Notes: a model not told the origin generated them from the sequence alone. Shown: positions 1 through 13,390, numbered from the whole stretch's first letter. The stretch: DNA of 60,027 nucleotides, filler included, from Hausera hauseri (GCA_046269625.1; 11 parts of 11 records of this genome joined end to end with filler, not necessarily neighbours in it), one strand, 5' to 3'. Translations and numbers: made by a program.

Positions 1-406
1 TACATCGAATTTCCGCCGATAAATGGACAATATTGGAATTAAATTTTGCCATTCACCGTTAAAGTTCTTTTTCAGGAAGACGATCCCACTTCCGATACCA
101 ATTATCCTGAACTTGCGTAATATCCATGAAGCAAGAGTGAAATATAACATTTGATAAAACTAAAATTCAACTGAATAATAGATTTCTAAAATGATTACAA
201 CAGTTTCCTGATTCGAAATTAAAAATATTCGTAATTGTTTAACTAAAATCAAAATGTTGAGCAGTTTTTTAAAAGTTCAAATTACAAGTTCAAGAATTAA
301 TGTATTTACATTATTTAAACAAATCACAAATAAAAACATTTTTTGACAATGACTGTTGGCGAAGTGACGTCTGAGTTTTTGTTTTGATTAGTCTCCGATT
401 AATCAT

Positions 407-760
407 TGTAAGGTTCCACCTTACAAAATATTAAAATTTATATTCAGATTAACCAAATCAACAAAATAAAATTTTTTTACTAATAACAAAATATATCAAA
501 AACAAAATCTCAAAATTTAAATTTTTCAAAATTCAACAGATAAATTAAAATACTCAAAATAAAATAAATAACCAACACACACGGATTCATGTGCGAAAAA
601 GGAAACAAAAAAATAAATAAAATGTAAAACCTTAAAATAAAATTAAACCCGAAAATAAGTCAGGATTACAAGTGCAGAAGTAACCAGCACTTGTAATAAT
701 AAAAATTAACAATCAATGTGTGTAGATTTAATCCATTTGTTTAAATCCACAGTCTAAGGA
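407..760. repeat. Dispersed A-rich repeat with three hairpins, copy 1 (possible LTR of an unidentified element)
   Basis: Starts TGTAAGGttccaCCTTACA (407-425); further stems at 665-697 and 721-751; same blocks recur at 13391-13735. Confidence 0.65.
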
Positions 761-807
761 TTGAACATTATATTTCAAAAAAAGAAAAAAGCAAGAAAAC
801 TCTCAAA

Positions 808-1518
808 ATGTCCAAAATGTCAGCAGCACCGAAAGAGTTCAAAAAGAGCCAGATGTCGGCAACCAAAGTGAAACCAGGCGAACCGATAACCAGTAAAGAT
901 TCAAAGGCCATCCCGGCCGATGCCACGAATTAACCAAACGCCATCCTTGGTGGAACGACGGCATCACTGACTCCGGAGTATCGTATTCCAATGATACCCC
1001 GACTAACACACACCGTCGAGGTGAACCAAGTTGTCGAGCGTACCGCCTCGACGAAACAAGCCCGGTCCGAAGATCGAAGCCACACAGCACGGCGAGCTAC
1101 TCGTCCGAGAAACCGCCAAGCTCCGTGCCGTTCATATTCAGATTATATGTCGGTGAGAGAGCTACTGCAACGGAGCCGATTCGAGCAGCACCTCACCAGG
1201 TTGTCCGAGAACGATCCGTATTGCTTCCCTAACGGACATCTTCGAAGCTTTTATGCCGATGGAGACAGTCAACGGCTGTTCGATTCCTCCGCCTTCTTAC
1301 CAGTCTTTATAAGACTGATGGCAACTGCAGACCGGATGTTCGAATCACTGGTTCCCTCTGAGAGCCAGTTGATTCCGAACCAGAGAATCTCCGGCTCACG
1401 GCGGGTCAGACGTACAGCTCCGACACGGACGATCAACCAATTCCCATTTATCGACTTCTCAGGACGGAACTGTCCCTATCCAGTACGGACGCATCTTACG
1501 CCTCAGCGGATGCAGTAG
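808..1518 (+). pseudogene. Unknown ORF (~237 codons, one internal stop) upstream of gypsy gag
   Basis: ATG at 808 is in frame with ORF 991-1518 apart from TAA at 931-933; GC-richer than flanks; AATAAA just downstream. Confidence 0.35.
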
Positions 1519-1639
1519 ACAATTCTAATAAAAATTGTTTATTTTTGTTTGTTCTTCTTGTGTTTCGCATGTCAGTCGTTTTAATTGACCGCTTTGATAG
1601 GTTAATGTCCCCTTTATTTTTTAGGAAGTCAATCCTTAA

Positions 1640-4600
1640 GGAGGAAACCCCTAAATATACCTTCGCTCCCGCCATTCAAACACACTTCTCAGTGCACAGA
1701 ATACTTTTATGATCAAGAAAAGTCCAGAAAAACCTGGCTCAACTTTTCCAAACTCTGGCTACAGTCTAATAACATTACTGATCCATCTGCCAAAGCCCAT
1801 AGTTTACTTTGCCTCTTACCAAACACAGTAAAAACTTCCCTTCACTATATTTTAGACATATTTCAACAATCCGACCCGTACACCCATCTCTATAATGCAG
1901 TTTTAAAACTCACGGAACCGTCTATGGATTCCATAATTCATTGATTCTTCAATGATAATGCTATGGGTACGCAAAAACCATCAGATTTTTTCAGAATCTC
2001 TCTCGCTCAACTGCAAACACTCGGAGTTACCAAACAAAATAATTCCGATCTCTTACAACTTTCTAAACGTATTACCGATCTATATCAGAGTCATGCTTAA
2101 AATCGTCAAGGAATCGACGGCGCTGGATAAGTTAACCGAACTTGTGGACAAAACTTATGACATATTACATCTGAACACTCAACCCATCATTTCAGCAGCA
2201 CTTACAGCAAACGAAAGCACATTAGAATATCAAATACAACAGTTACGGGCCGAAAACGAAACCCTAAATAATGCAATTAACAATATAAATGATAGATTAA
2301 ATGAAATCTCTTTGTCGCAACGAAAGAGTTTCGCCTCCGATCGCACACGCTCTCTACCCAGAGGTCGGTCACCTTCTCCTGCATGATCGCCGATCTGTTT
2401 CTAACATGATAGGTTCCCTCATAAAGCACAAAAATGTCATCTTGGGTGCCGCTTTACACCCAAAAGTATCAAGTTAACAACCCTATTTGCATGTACCACG
2501 CAAAATTTAAGAATGAGGCACATAACTGTATTCCCGGTTGTACCTTTAGAAACACACAACATACGAACGTCGGGCGCACTACCTCGTCTTCTAACAGCCG
2601 CCAAAGTTCACCACTGCAAAAAAGCTAATTCGGCCGCCAGAACTTACGGCGAGTCCTGTCGACAGACATTCTTCAGTTTCTACCAGCCGAAAACTTTTTT
2701 CGCCGTATTTACAGTAAAATCAGTAACTACATTACCAACATCCCGCCACATAGATTTACTCGTCAATTCAGGTGCTGCGATTTCCTTACTATGGGTCACT
2801 TTTCCAACTCAACATACTTCATCCAACTATAAACCTGTATTTACAACTTCCGGACAACCGCTACATGTTTCCGGTACTTGAAGGCTTTCTTTTACTCTTT
2901 CGACATTTACTTTAATGTTTCACTGGACATTTACCGCTGCAAACGTCCAGACAGATACTTTTAGGATTCGATTTCCTTTCGCACTATAATCGCTTCGTCG
3001 ATTGCAAACGACGTTGCTTTACAAGTGGTTGCAATAAGGATCGATTTGATCACGTCAATACCATTTCGTCTGTCGTGCAGGTGAATGCAAGTCGAAAACC
3101 AATATTAAAAAACCTTTTAAAACCTTTTTCTTACAATCATGGTACCTTCTTTTATAAATTACTAAAGAACAATGTTATTGATGATTGGGATTTGCACGGC
3201 AATGAGAGTGATTCCGTTGCCACTGCGAAATTATTAGATAAAACTACCAGCCACAATACCATCTTCAATTGTACCATCCTGCATCGAATACCACTTCATT
3301 TTAGATCACTAAATAACGTCAAAATTACAACAGTTACCGACAAAACCACCTTGCTCCCATCAAACTTTTTACAGTTACCTGCAAGTCTGCAGCAATTCAT
3401 CAACGTATCCTGTTCTAGAATAATAAAAAAGACAGGTCTTTTACTCCAGCAAATACCACTTTTCACCACATAGGTGACACAACGTCAAAGACGTATCAGC
3501 CAAAAAGTGCGTCCATTATCTCCTAGTCGCAGACAAGCAGTTGAAGCCGAATTTCTAGAATTCGAACGTTCCGGCCTTGTACGTCGCTACAAATCCCCAT
3601 GGTCGTCACCATTACATGTAGTCCAAAAGAAGGACGGAACTTTTCGACAATGTGGCGATTTTCGTCAGTTGAACACTGACAATAATGGATGCATACCGCT
3701 ACCACTCATTAAGGATATCTTACACCGTCTTAATAACACCACAATTTATTCTACCATCGATTTATTCAAAGCCTACCACCAAATACCGGTGGCACCTGAA
3801 GATATCGAAAAACAGCCGTAACTACTCCTTTTGCCTTCTACAAATATTTGTACATGCCTTTTGGTCTACGGAATGCTGCGCAAACCTTCAAACACCACAT
3901 CTATGCTATACTTTCTGATTTTCCACATGCTCATCTCTATATCGCTGACATATTAGTTGTTTCCTCTTTGACCCAACAATACGAGGAACACCTCAGATCA
4001 ATCTTTCAACGTTTAAACCAGCATAACCTCCAGATCAATTTCGCCAAATGTCACTTTTTCCACAAGCGTATAAATTTTCTTGGTCACGTTATTTCTGCTC
4101 AAGGTCTCTCGCCTCAACCCGATCGAGTTGAAGTCCTAAAAACGTGCAGCTACCTCGAACAACAACAGAAATGAGGAGCTTTTTAGGAACATTGCACTTC
4201 GTTCACAAGTATGTGCCGTAATGCTCTGAACTTACCACACCATTTGCTCACTTAAGCTGCGGCAAAAACATCAGACAGTCCAGTGGACACCTAAACTGGT
4301 TGATAAGTTTGATAAGCTACTCGAAGGAATTAAAACCATCTACTTTCTCGCTTTCCCCAAGCCTGATGCAGAAATTATTCTTACTACAGACGCTTCAACC
4401 ACTGCCGTAGGTGCTGTGCTTCACCAAATCTACAAAGGAAAAAATCAACCTGTAGAATTTTTCTCTTGTAAGCTAACATCCCTGAAACCCAATATTCAAC
4501 GTTTGATCGAGAATTATTGGCCATCGTTCTCGCTTTAAAGCAATTTTCCAACTTGTCGCTCGCCCTTTTACCATACAGACCGATCACAAGCCCTTGCTAA

Positions 4601-5273
4601 ACATCATGGCTATGAAACATCCTTCCTCACGCCAATAACGACAGATAATATTTGTCGACATTTAACTTTGACATAAAACATTAACGGGGTTAATAATTTG
4701 GTTGCCGATTTCTTATCTAGGGCAGTTGGTTCGATTAATTTTTTACCAATCTTCTCTCAAGTACAACTCCAACAGAACCAGCCACCTCAGGATATGTTTA
4801 ATTCTTTTAAGTCTTGCACAATTGTTGACGGCATGGCTTTAGACACTTCCAAACCAGGTCATGCCGTAATAATTCTCGCACCACCTTTACAACGGAAAGC
4901 GTTTAACAGTGTACATTCGCTACACTACCCTGGCACTAAGGCCACTTTTCGTTTACTCCTCCGACAAGTAGTTTGGCCGCAAATGCGCTCCGATGTGCAG
5001 ACTTGGGTTAAGGAGTGTGTGGACTGCCAGAAATACAAAACAATTAAATATTTAAAGCCACCACTATTCCACTTTCCATGCACATCGCGTTTCATTGGCC
5101 CTCTTCCTCCGGACAACGGTCACCAATTCATTCTCACTATGATGGATCGTTCCTAGCGATGGCCAGAAGCCATCCCTTTGCGGAGCGCAAATACCAACAC
5201 CATAGCTGACGTTTTCATTCGTACATGGATTAGCAGGTTTGGATCACCTCGCTTCATCATCACGGACCAGGGT
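1640..5273 (+). mobile_element. Decayed Ty3/gypsy retrotransposon gag-PR-RT-RH-IN (continues at 55393)
   Basis: Gag-like region with Cys/His motif (ICMYHAKF...AHNC); protease LVNSGA (D>N); RT SPWSSPLHVVQKKDG, IDLFKAYHQIP, MPFGLRNAAQTF, YIAD (YxDD mutated); RNase H TDAS and VADFLSR; integrase H..H..C..C; many stops and frameshifts. Confidence 0.92.
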
Positions 5274-5373
5274 NNNNNNNNNNNNNNNNNNNNNNNNNNN
5301 NNNNNNNNNNNNNNNNNTTAATTAATTAANNNNNNNNNNNNNNNNNNNNNNNNNNNNNNNNNNNNNNNNNNNN
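5274..5373. other. Artificial contig linker; also at 9616-9715, 13736-13835, 18240-18339, 28762-28861, 35078-35177, 41192-41291, 45612-45711, 51212-51311, 55293-55392
   Basis: Identical 100-nt N-TTAATTAATTAA-N blocks with stop codons in all six frames. Confidence 0.98.
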
Positions 5374-5389
5374 CCGATCTCACGTAAAC

Positions 5390-7175
5390 ATTTTTTCCAG
5401 CGTCAATTGGAACACTTAACTATTTTCTCCAGTGTCAGGGTGGTACACTGCACCATTTTCCCCAGTGTCAGTGGAGACACTGCACCATTTTCTCCAGTGT
5501 CAGGATGGGACACTGAACAATTTTATCCAGTACCAGGATCAGATATTGCACCATTTACTTTGTCAGGGCGGGACATGAAACCATTTTCTCCAGTGTCAGG
5601 GTACGAAACAAAACTATTTTCTCCAGTGCCAGGATGTGACACTAAACCATTTTTTTCAGTGTCAGAGTGGGACACTGCACCATTTTATTAATGTCAGTGT
5701 GGGACACACACCATTTTTGTTCATTCGAAAGGTGGGACACTAAACTATTTTCTCCTATGTAAGGTTGGGACATGAAACCATTTTCTCCAGTGTTATGATT
5801 GGACACTACACCATTTTCTCCAGTTTCAGGGTGGGACCCTAAACCATTTTCTCCAATGTCAGAGTGGGACACTACACCATTTTCTTCAATGTCGGGGTGG
5901 GACTCCAGTGTCAGGATCTGTCAGGATCAGTTTTCTTAGTATTCTTAGTATTCAGAACTTGACAATTTTCTTCAATGTAAGAGGACACTACACCATTTTT
6001 CCCAGTGTCTGGCTTGGACATTACACCATTTTCTGCAGTTTCAAGGTGGGATGATGCACAATTTTCAGTCAGGGTGGGAAACGAAACCACTTTCTTCAGT
6101 GTCATAATGGGACACCACCATTTTCTCCAGTGTCAGCGTGGGGCACTGGACTATTTTGTCTAATGTCAGGGTATGACTCTGCAAGATTTATCTCCAGTCT
6201 CAGGGTGGGACACTACACATTTTTTTGCAGTTTCAGGGTAGGCTACGACACCGCTTTCTCCAGGGTCAGAGTGGGTAAAAATTAATCCACTTTCTCTAGT
6301 GATGAGGAAAAGCAAAACCATTTTCTCTTGTGTTAGGGTTGTACACTACCCCATCTCGAGTGTCAGGATAGGAAACAATCTTTTTCTCCAGTGTCAGACT
6401 GGGATGCTTCACCATTTTCTCATGGTCAATTCTAGAAACTACACCATTTTCTCCAGTGTTAGCTGGGAAACTAGACCATTTTCTCATGAGTCAGGGTGCA
6501 AAACAACCATTCTATAAAGTGTCAGGGTGGGACACTACACCACTGTGTTAGTGTCAAGGTGAAACACTATAATATTTTCTCAAGTGTTACATTGGGAAAC
6601 TACACCATTGTGTCCAGTGCCAGGGTGCGTCACTAAACCATCATCTCCAGTGTCAGGGTTTGCTGCTACACTGTTTTCTCACGTGTCAGTGTAGGAAAAT
6701 AAAACATGTTCTCCAGTGTCCTGGTTAAAAACTATATCTTCTCCATTTTTAGGGTAGATCACTACACAAGGTTTCTGGAGTGTCGGGGGGTGTGGGGTGG
6801 GGGAGGCACTACACCATCTTCTCCGATGTCAAGGTAGGAAAGTAAAATATGTTCTCCTGTTTTCTAATGTCATTGAGGGACACTAGACTATTTTCTCCAG
6901 TGTCAGGGCAGGGCACACCATTTTCTTAATTCTCAGTGTGGGACACTACACCATTTTCATCGATGTTAGAGCAAGGCACAATACCATCTTTTACAGTGTA
7001 ATGGTGGGGCACTACACCATTTTCACCAATGTCAGGGGAAGGCACTATACCATTTTTTTAATCCTCTCAGGGTGGGACAGTACACTTTTTTCTATAGTGT
7101 CAAGGTTGGGCACAGCACCATCTTCTCCTTTGTCAAGATTGAATGCTACACCATTTTCTCCAGTTTCAGGGTTGT
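5390..7175. repeat. Degenerate 33-bp minisatellite (~50 units), consensus ccattttctccagtgtcagggtgggacactaca
   Basis: Unit recurs head-to-tail without spacers; internal AGTGTC/GACACT inverted repeat. Confidence 0.93.
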
Positions 7176-7840
7176 CTCCTCATTGATACAGACTGGTACG
7201 ATTGCTATTTATATTATATATAATTTGTAGATTTATGAGGAGCTGGAAGGAGTGTGGGCAACCACTTCAACAGCCACGGAAACTCCGGAACTGCAGATGT
7301 TCTCGTCACGGCTAGCAACTTCTCCTATTGCGACGAGAATGCTCGCCACACGGTGTAACAGAGGTTGGTGCATAACTTGAACAATCTTGCTCCTAACGGT
7401 CTTAATATTCACCTTTCTTTTCATTAACCTGCTTTTGTTTCATCCCCTTGCGTACGATCCCTCCTTCTATCATTCCACTTACTTTCCTACAGCATCGCCT
7501 GCCTTCCCCTTTTGTCTCCCAGCGATCTTTCTTGCGTCTCTCCAGTCCTGTATCTCTACGCGCCTCTACAACCCCTCCCCTTATGTTTGCGTTTGTTTTT
7601 GTTCTGATTTGCGCTTCCCATTCGGCGGATCTATCACATGACTCTGCGGGGTCCAGCCGCTGCTTTCTTACCACATGCCGTCAAGCGTCGTCCTTCTCCA
7701 GATCTACATCGTGTGTGGCGGTGTGATGCTGGACATAAATAGGCTTAGTTCTATTTCCATAGTTTTTTCTTTTATTTTATTGTATCTTGTAGTCTCGGTT
7801 TATGTAGTCATGTTTGTCTTTGTGTTGTATTGTTTTTGTT

Positions 7841-7875
7841 CCTGATGAAGACCTAGTGGTCGCAACGTAATTTGT
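7841..7875 (+). ncRNA. Degenerate minimal hammerhead ribozyme motif (Penelope-like element type)
   Basis: CTGATGA-a-GACC-tagt-GGTC-GCAA-cgt: CUGAUGA core and stem II present, GAAA box reads GCAA. Confidence 0.45.
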
Positions 7876-9157
7876 TAATTCCTTTTCATTACGTGAGACT
7901 TACCCTACCCTACTTTTGTATTCCTACTTGCACCTACGTATTTATTGTCTCACAGCAGTTCATTCTCCTCTTCGCTGTTACATAGAGCAGTGTTGTGGAG
8001 AGCAGTTGAGAAATGTCAAAATTGTAATCATTCTGTATAATATGTCCTAGAAAAATCTGCAGAGTGTTCTGATCAAAGACCATTAGTAACCAGAAACTCC
8101 TCACTCGAAGCAAAACAGGAAAATTTTACCTAGAATAATTAGAAAACAGCACTCAAGATAAATTGGACATTACCACGGAAACTACCCATTTAAATTTCGC
8201 AGTGCGTTGCATATCAGATGGAGGGAGAGGACAACCAAAGACAATATGCCGAAGAACAATGCATGCAGAGGCGTACAACGTAAATGGGGGCCTCTACATG
8301 ATCCTAGCACTCAGAAGACCGAAAGAAGTAGATAAGAAACAGTGCGCGCAATGCAGGGGAGTAGGGGACTAGCCTAGTCCCCATACACTTTAAGTAATCT
8401 GTGTTAAATCCTTATGAGATATTTAAACAAAATAAAATTTGAAGTACATGATTATCTGAGATTCAAATATTAAACGGAGGTCGCTTCAGTAGATCGGAAA
8501 CACTCGGGTTATATCGGCTCTCTCCGACGCTCCTTGTTTGGTTTCAGATACAAGGGACTAGGCTCGAATCTCTGCGGGCTTCTGCAGTATTATTAACATT
8601 ACACGCTAAGGCGTTCGGTCGTTTGAAAGTTTAAAGTTCGTTTACTCTGTTTGAGTAGATAAGTTGTGTTATTTGAAATCATCATTTATTTCTCATTAAC
8701 GTAAAGAATCGTTTGATTTATAAAAGTGCTGGATTTTTAATTTAGTTAGACGATTGTTTAAATAAGAGTATTTGCAATGGGACTTGATTTAGTATATTGT
8801 TCCCTCAAAACAATTCAACACGATTGGTTGAAATTGGTCAGCTGACAAGGCGTGGCGATTGCGTGTCGCTTCGCGATATTCTTGACAGAATGTTCATTGT
8901 AACTTTCGAAAGCTAAGGGTTTTGAAGAAGAAAAAGAAATAATATGGAAAGGTAGGTCCACTCTAAACATTGCAGTTAAAACAAAAATGAAAAACTGTAG
9001 GTTATTTCAAATCAGAGGTTTTCAGTCACATTTTCCGATATTCTTTTTAACATTCTACGTACAAATGAAATAAACAAACACATGTGTATGAACAGGGTAC
9101 TCGATAGACGGAAAGAAGTAGATACACACTAGACAACAGAAAAAACAGCAAGTACAA

Positions 9158-9186
9158 TGGCCACTCGGGAATCGAACCCACAACAA
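9158..9186 (-). repeat. tRNA-derived 3'-half fragment (SINE head or tRNA relic)
   Basis: Minus strand gtgGGTTCGATTCCcgagtggcca = B-box/T-arm; no D or anticodon arm recognisable. Confidence 0.4.
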
Positions 9187-9279
9187 TGGACGGCGCCATC
9201 GACGTCATCACAACAAGACAGCAGTTGTCCAGTGTGTCCTTTTTCTTTTTATCCGCTTCTTTAATCTATTTTATAGACA

Positions 9280-9490
9280 CAGTTTTCACAGCTGATCACT
9301 TGCTGTTACAGTGCCCGAGTCTAGTAGATTTGAGATGCCGTCTCCTCCCAACACACACAACAATCGAAAACACACTCTACACATTAACATCACAACTGAG
9401 AAGAACAGCTGCTTTTATCCAAGAAGCAATCAGCTGTTGAGAGTGACCTGCCTACAGCTAGCAGGAATACTTCATCATTATCATCACCAC
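9280..9490 (+). mobile_element. 3' end of a non-LTR retrotransposon (I-group-like) with (CAT)n-like tail
   Basis: TADHLLLQCPSL..LR...TLY...QLRRTAAFI resembles the C-terminal knuckle region of I-group LINE ORF2; followed by catcattatcatcac. Confidence 0.6.
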
Positions 9491-10940
9491 ACAATATCTG
9501 TTAACGTATCAAATATAGTAATCAGTATCTCACTGATCAATATTATATTATGCAAAGGCAAAAAAAAAAGTAACAGCATCTCTGTGTGTTAATGCTTCAG
9601 GTTTCACTGTTAATANNNNNNNNNNNNNNNNNNNNNNNNNNNNNNNNNNNNNNNNNNNNTTAATTAATTAANNNNNNNNNNNNNNNNNNNNNNNNNNNNN
9701 NNNNNNNNNNNNNNNACACAATACGTCTGGACTTTAAAACCATTAATATTAAATTTGAAGTAGTTCAGAATCTATATATTAATGCAAACTTACAATTCAA
9801 GGACGTTGTTAACGTGCAGAAAAAATAATAGTGTTGTCAAGTGCAGGACTTCTTGGGAGACACAGTAATGTTCGGGAACCTACACAGAAAATATCATGGG
9901 TAAATATTCCTGAATTTGGTTATAGTCATGTTGATTAGTGTAAAACTAAATTTGACTTCATTTGCGCATAGAATTAATAACTAATGCGTAATTACTAATA
10001 TGGTCGCTAAAGATATTTAAAGTTTTTCTTCAACAAATATTACTACATAAAAATTCAGTCGCATGAACGTGTATAGATTGTATGTTCTGATTTGTTTAGT
10101 GTTGACGGAATTTAAAGAAGAGTTTAATATGGGAAAAAGTATAAATAGTCTATGGAATTGATGACAGATGATGTATATAAAATTAAATGAAAGAAGCATA
10201 TAAAGGTTTTGCTGTGCGAAATAGTTCATTTTTGTCTTAATGAATTGAGTTTTGAAGAGATGTCGATATTAACATCCGATGCAACAAATACAGTGAACTT
10301 CATGAGCAATGAATATGCGAGGGAGTCAACCGCCAAACAACGAGAGGCAAATGATCCGATTTCTAAACAAACCATTGAAGGATGACAGGCGCATGTGACT
10401 ACAAGTTCCGGACGGCCACGGAGCTCATGATTACATCAGAATTGGTCTATCCTTCAATACAAATGATACGCTGGGAAACGCCGAATACTAGTCTCCTAAC
10501 ATTTTTTACACCCACATAACTTAACATGTGATTTGGAAGAATTAAAATCACTTTTATTTACAATACAAAATAACCAACTTTCATGTTTGGACTATGAATA
10601 TAAAATAAAGGGCATTGGAGAACGGTATCAAATTTGCTTTTAGCATAATACGTTGTTGATCGAGTTGACTTGGAAGTCTTTTTTTGAAGTTTATTATTGA
10701 AGGTAAAGTTGTCAACTACAGATTTATACCGGTAAGTTTTAAACTGTCAATATTTATAAGTCAAGATAAAACGAATGTAACGATTAAGCTTTGGAAGCAA
10801 TTTCTTTATGACCTGAAATGAAAGACACTAAAGAATCCAATTAGAAATCTTTATTCTATATATTAATTTTGTAATTATATAAAAATTACAAATATCAAGA
10901 AAAAAAAACAACTAAAAGAGGAAAACAATAAGGTTATCAT

Positions 10941-12388
10941 TTATTTATTAAACCGCCCTTTCTTTGCATTCGGTCCACCGAAATTTCCACCAGCCGGTCT
11001 TTTAAACCCGGCAGTATTATTATTGAATTTATTTGTTTTAGTTTTCGCAGTATATTTTCCACTTTCAAAAACTCTCATCATTTTCTCTAAGAAAGCTCTG
11101 AAAGCAATTCCCTGTTCAACTTTAGCATCATCAGCATCACAAAGCGCATCGATTCTCGTTGCGAGAGCAGCTTTATTTGCAAGCATTCTGGACATTTTAC
11201 CTTTGTGTTGTGAACTGACCTGACCCACCAATGAAGCGTGATAAAGCAAACCATATTTTGGTGTGTTGTGTTTGGTTTTTAAGGCTCTGAAAAGTGCCTT
11301 CTCAGCTCCAAGAATTTGTACAGTTGAACTTGGATGTTTTGCTAAATTTATCAGCGTACCGGCGTGGGAAATAAGTCGAGCACCCAAAATTTCACCAACG
11401 ATTGCTGTGAGATTTGGTGCAACGGCCATCATTCGGTTCTTCAAGTATTCGTAGAGTTGGGAACGATTATTTGAAATCTTCTTTATCATAGTGCAGAGAT
11501 TTAAAATCATGTCCAAATCACCGTCAGTAATTTGATTACCACATGAAGTTCTTGCAGCATCTCTTACAGGCTCAATGAGCTCTTCGGATAAAATGTCTGA
11601 CAAATCCTTCGTCAGAACATTTTCACGACGACCGACATGAGCAACAAGGTTAACATAGATTGTATTATCGGAAACTGTCTTTGCTAATTCTGGAAAATGC
11701 CATCCGTACATTTCTTTGCACCGCATTACGTAATTATTTGATGCTTTGTCCAAATCATCCAAAGGAGCTAAATATCATTAAAACTAAAGGGAATAAACAA
11801 AACATTACAAATGGCCTGAACAATCATAGTATCAATCTTATCTGGGTTACACTTCAATTGGTATCTGTTGATACTGTGGGACAGACCAAGATTCAATCTG
11901 TCTCTTTCTTCGTCACCAATTGAAGTAAGTAGTTCAAAATTTTGGATGACACACTTTCGCAATTTTGTAGCATTGACATTGGACACGATTGATGCACCAA
12001 GTTTATCATTCAATTGCTTTCCCAAATTTGGGTCACAGACAACAAGTTTTTCACTTAGTTCAACGAGTTTCATTTTCTTAACTAATTTTTTCAGTTTCTT
12101 AGTTACCTTACATTCGGCTAATGAAACGGCTTCAGTTAAACCGTCCTTCATATCCTTAAACTTTACAAACTTTTCAAGTTCAATCCTGATAAATCATAAA
12201 TTTTTACAAATGTTTGACAAGCTTACAATTGATTAATGCCATCTTCATTCATGAAATGAGAATACACATTATCGATTTTATCGATGTCTTTCTTTAACTA
12301 ATTTTAAATAAAACACAAAAATATGTCTATTAAAAATACGAACCCTAAACACAGCATAACCAGCTGAACTTTCAACCAAAAGAAACAT
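10941..12388 (-). CDS. NOP58: Nucleolar protein 58 (box C/D snoRNP); exons 12388-12344, 12297-12227, 12185-11809, 11767-10941
   Basis: MFLLVESSAGYAVF start; KIDTMIVQAI, YGWHFPEL, STVQILGAEKALFRALK, TPKYGLLYH; GT-AG introns of 46, 41 and 41 nt keep the frame. Confidence 0.93.
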
Positions 12389-13390
12389 GTTGACCAGAAA
12401 TTAATTAGGAAAATTTAAACAAATAATATAAATTGGATCAAGTCTTAGCTTGAATTTACTGACAAAACCAGGCGAATCCGGTGAATTTGAATATCTGAAA
12501 AATATTAAAAATGACCGCATGTTAATTTCATTTACTGTATTTGGTACTTTGTTTAATAATTATCTAAAAAGTAAATAAAATTGCTTACAATAATTCTAGA
12601 GTTTTTAAATAGATACGTTTAGCTAAGCTTACTGTACGTATATACATGTTATCTATAAAAATAAAACCGCAGCTTATTTTCGTAACAAATTTAAGAAATT
12701 CTTCACAAATTTTGGTATGTTATCCTTGCGGTATCTGGTGAAGTTAATCTGTTTAAGTAAACCCAGGTTTGGTTTTTTAATCATCTTCCTGCAAAATAAT
12801 TGTAATCCGATAAGTGTCCATTTGCGCTGAATATATCGGCAAAAACGGGAGAGATAAAGACCGAAAGAGACTAATTACAATGTGTTTGAAATTTTATTAA
12901 ACAGATTTTAGAATCATCTTTGACTTGAATATACCCCATTAAACTGTTACATAAAATTCTCTCGAAACTTTCACGTTCGTAGTAATAAAATATTTGATTT
13001 TATATTTATGTGCCGTTTCTTTTCTATGGAACTAAAAAATTTACTTTTTTATCTTTTAAATATAACATGATGGGAGCTTTTTGTGTCTAAATATTTAGTG
13101 TGATTAGTTATTTTCTGTTAAGAGTGATATAATTTCTTATTAATGTTACTGAACATGTGTAGACCATAAATTAACTCTCACTCCGGAATTAAATATGAAC
13201 GGTCTTATTTTTGGTAAAATTCGAAAAAATTCTGAATAACTGAATCAATGCACGCACCGCCAAATTTCCTCCTAACTTCATAGTTAAAATAGACAATTAC
13301 AAACCATAAAGAAAATGACGTAAATTTTGAATTTTAAAAAATTAAAATCATTTGAATAATTTTAATTTTTCTTTTCAGGCGGGGGAGCCT

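Noticed and set aside
5318-5329. Recurrent TTAATTAATTAA motif
   Set aside because: Artificial linker between contigs; ORFs containing X runs are artefacts.
5390-7175. CRISPR-like array of palindromic repeats
   Set aside because: Units are contiguous with no unique spacers, no cas genes, eukaryotic context.
8363-8383. GGGGACTAG-c-CTAGTCCCC palindrome
   Set aside because: Isolated, with no element boundaries or second copy to support a function.
9158-9186. Functional tRNA gene
   Set aside because: Only the T-arm/3' part is recognisable; no cloverleaf.
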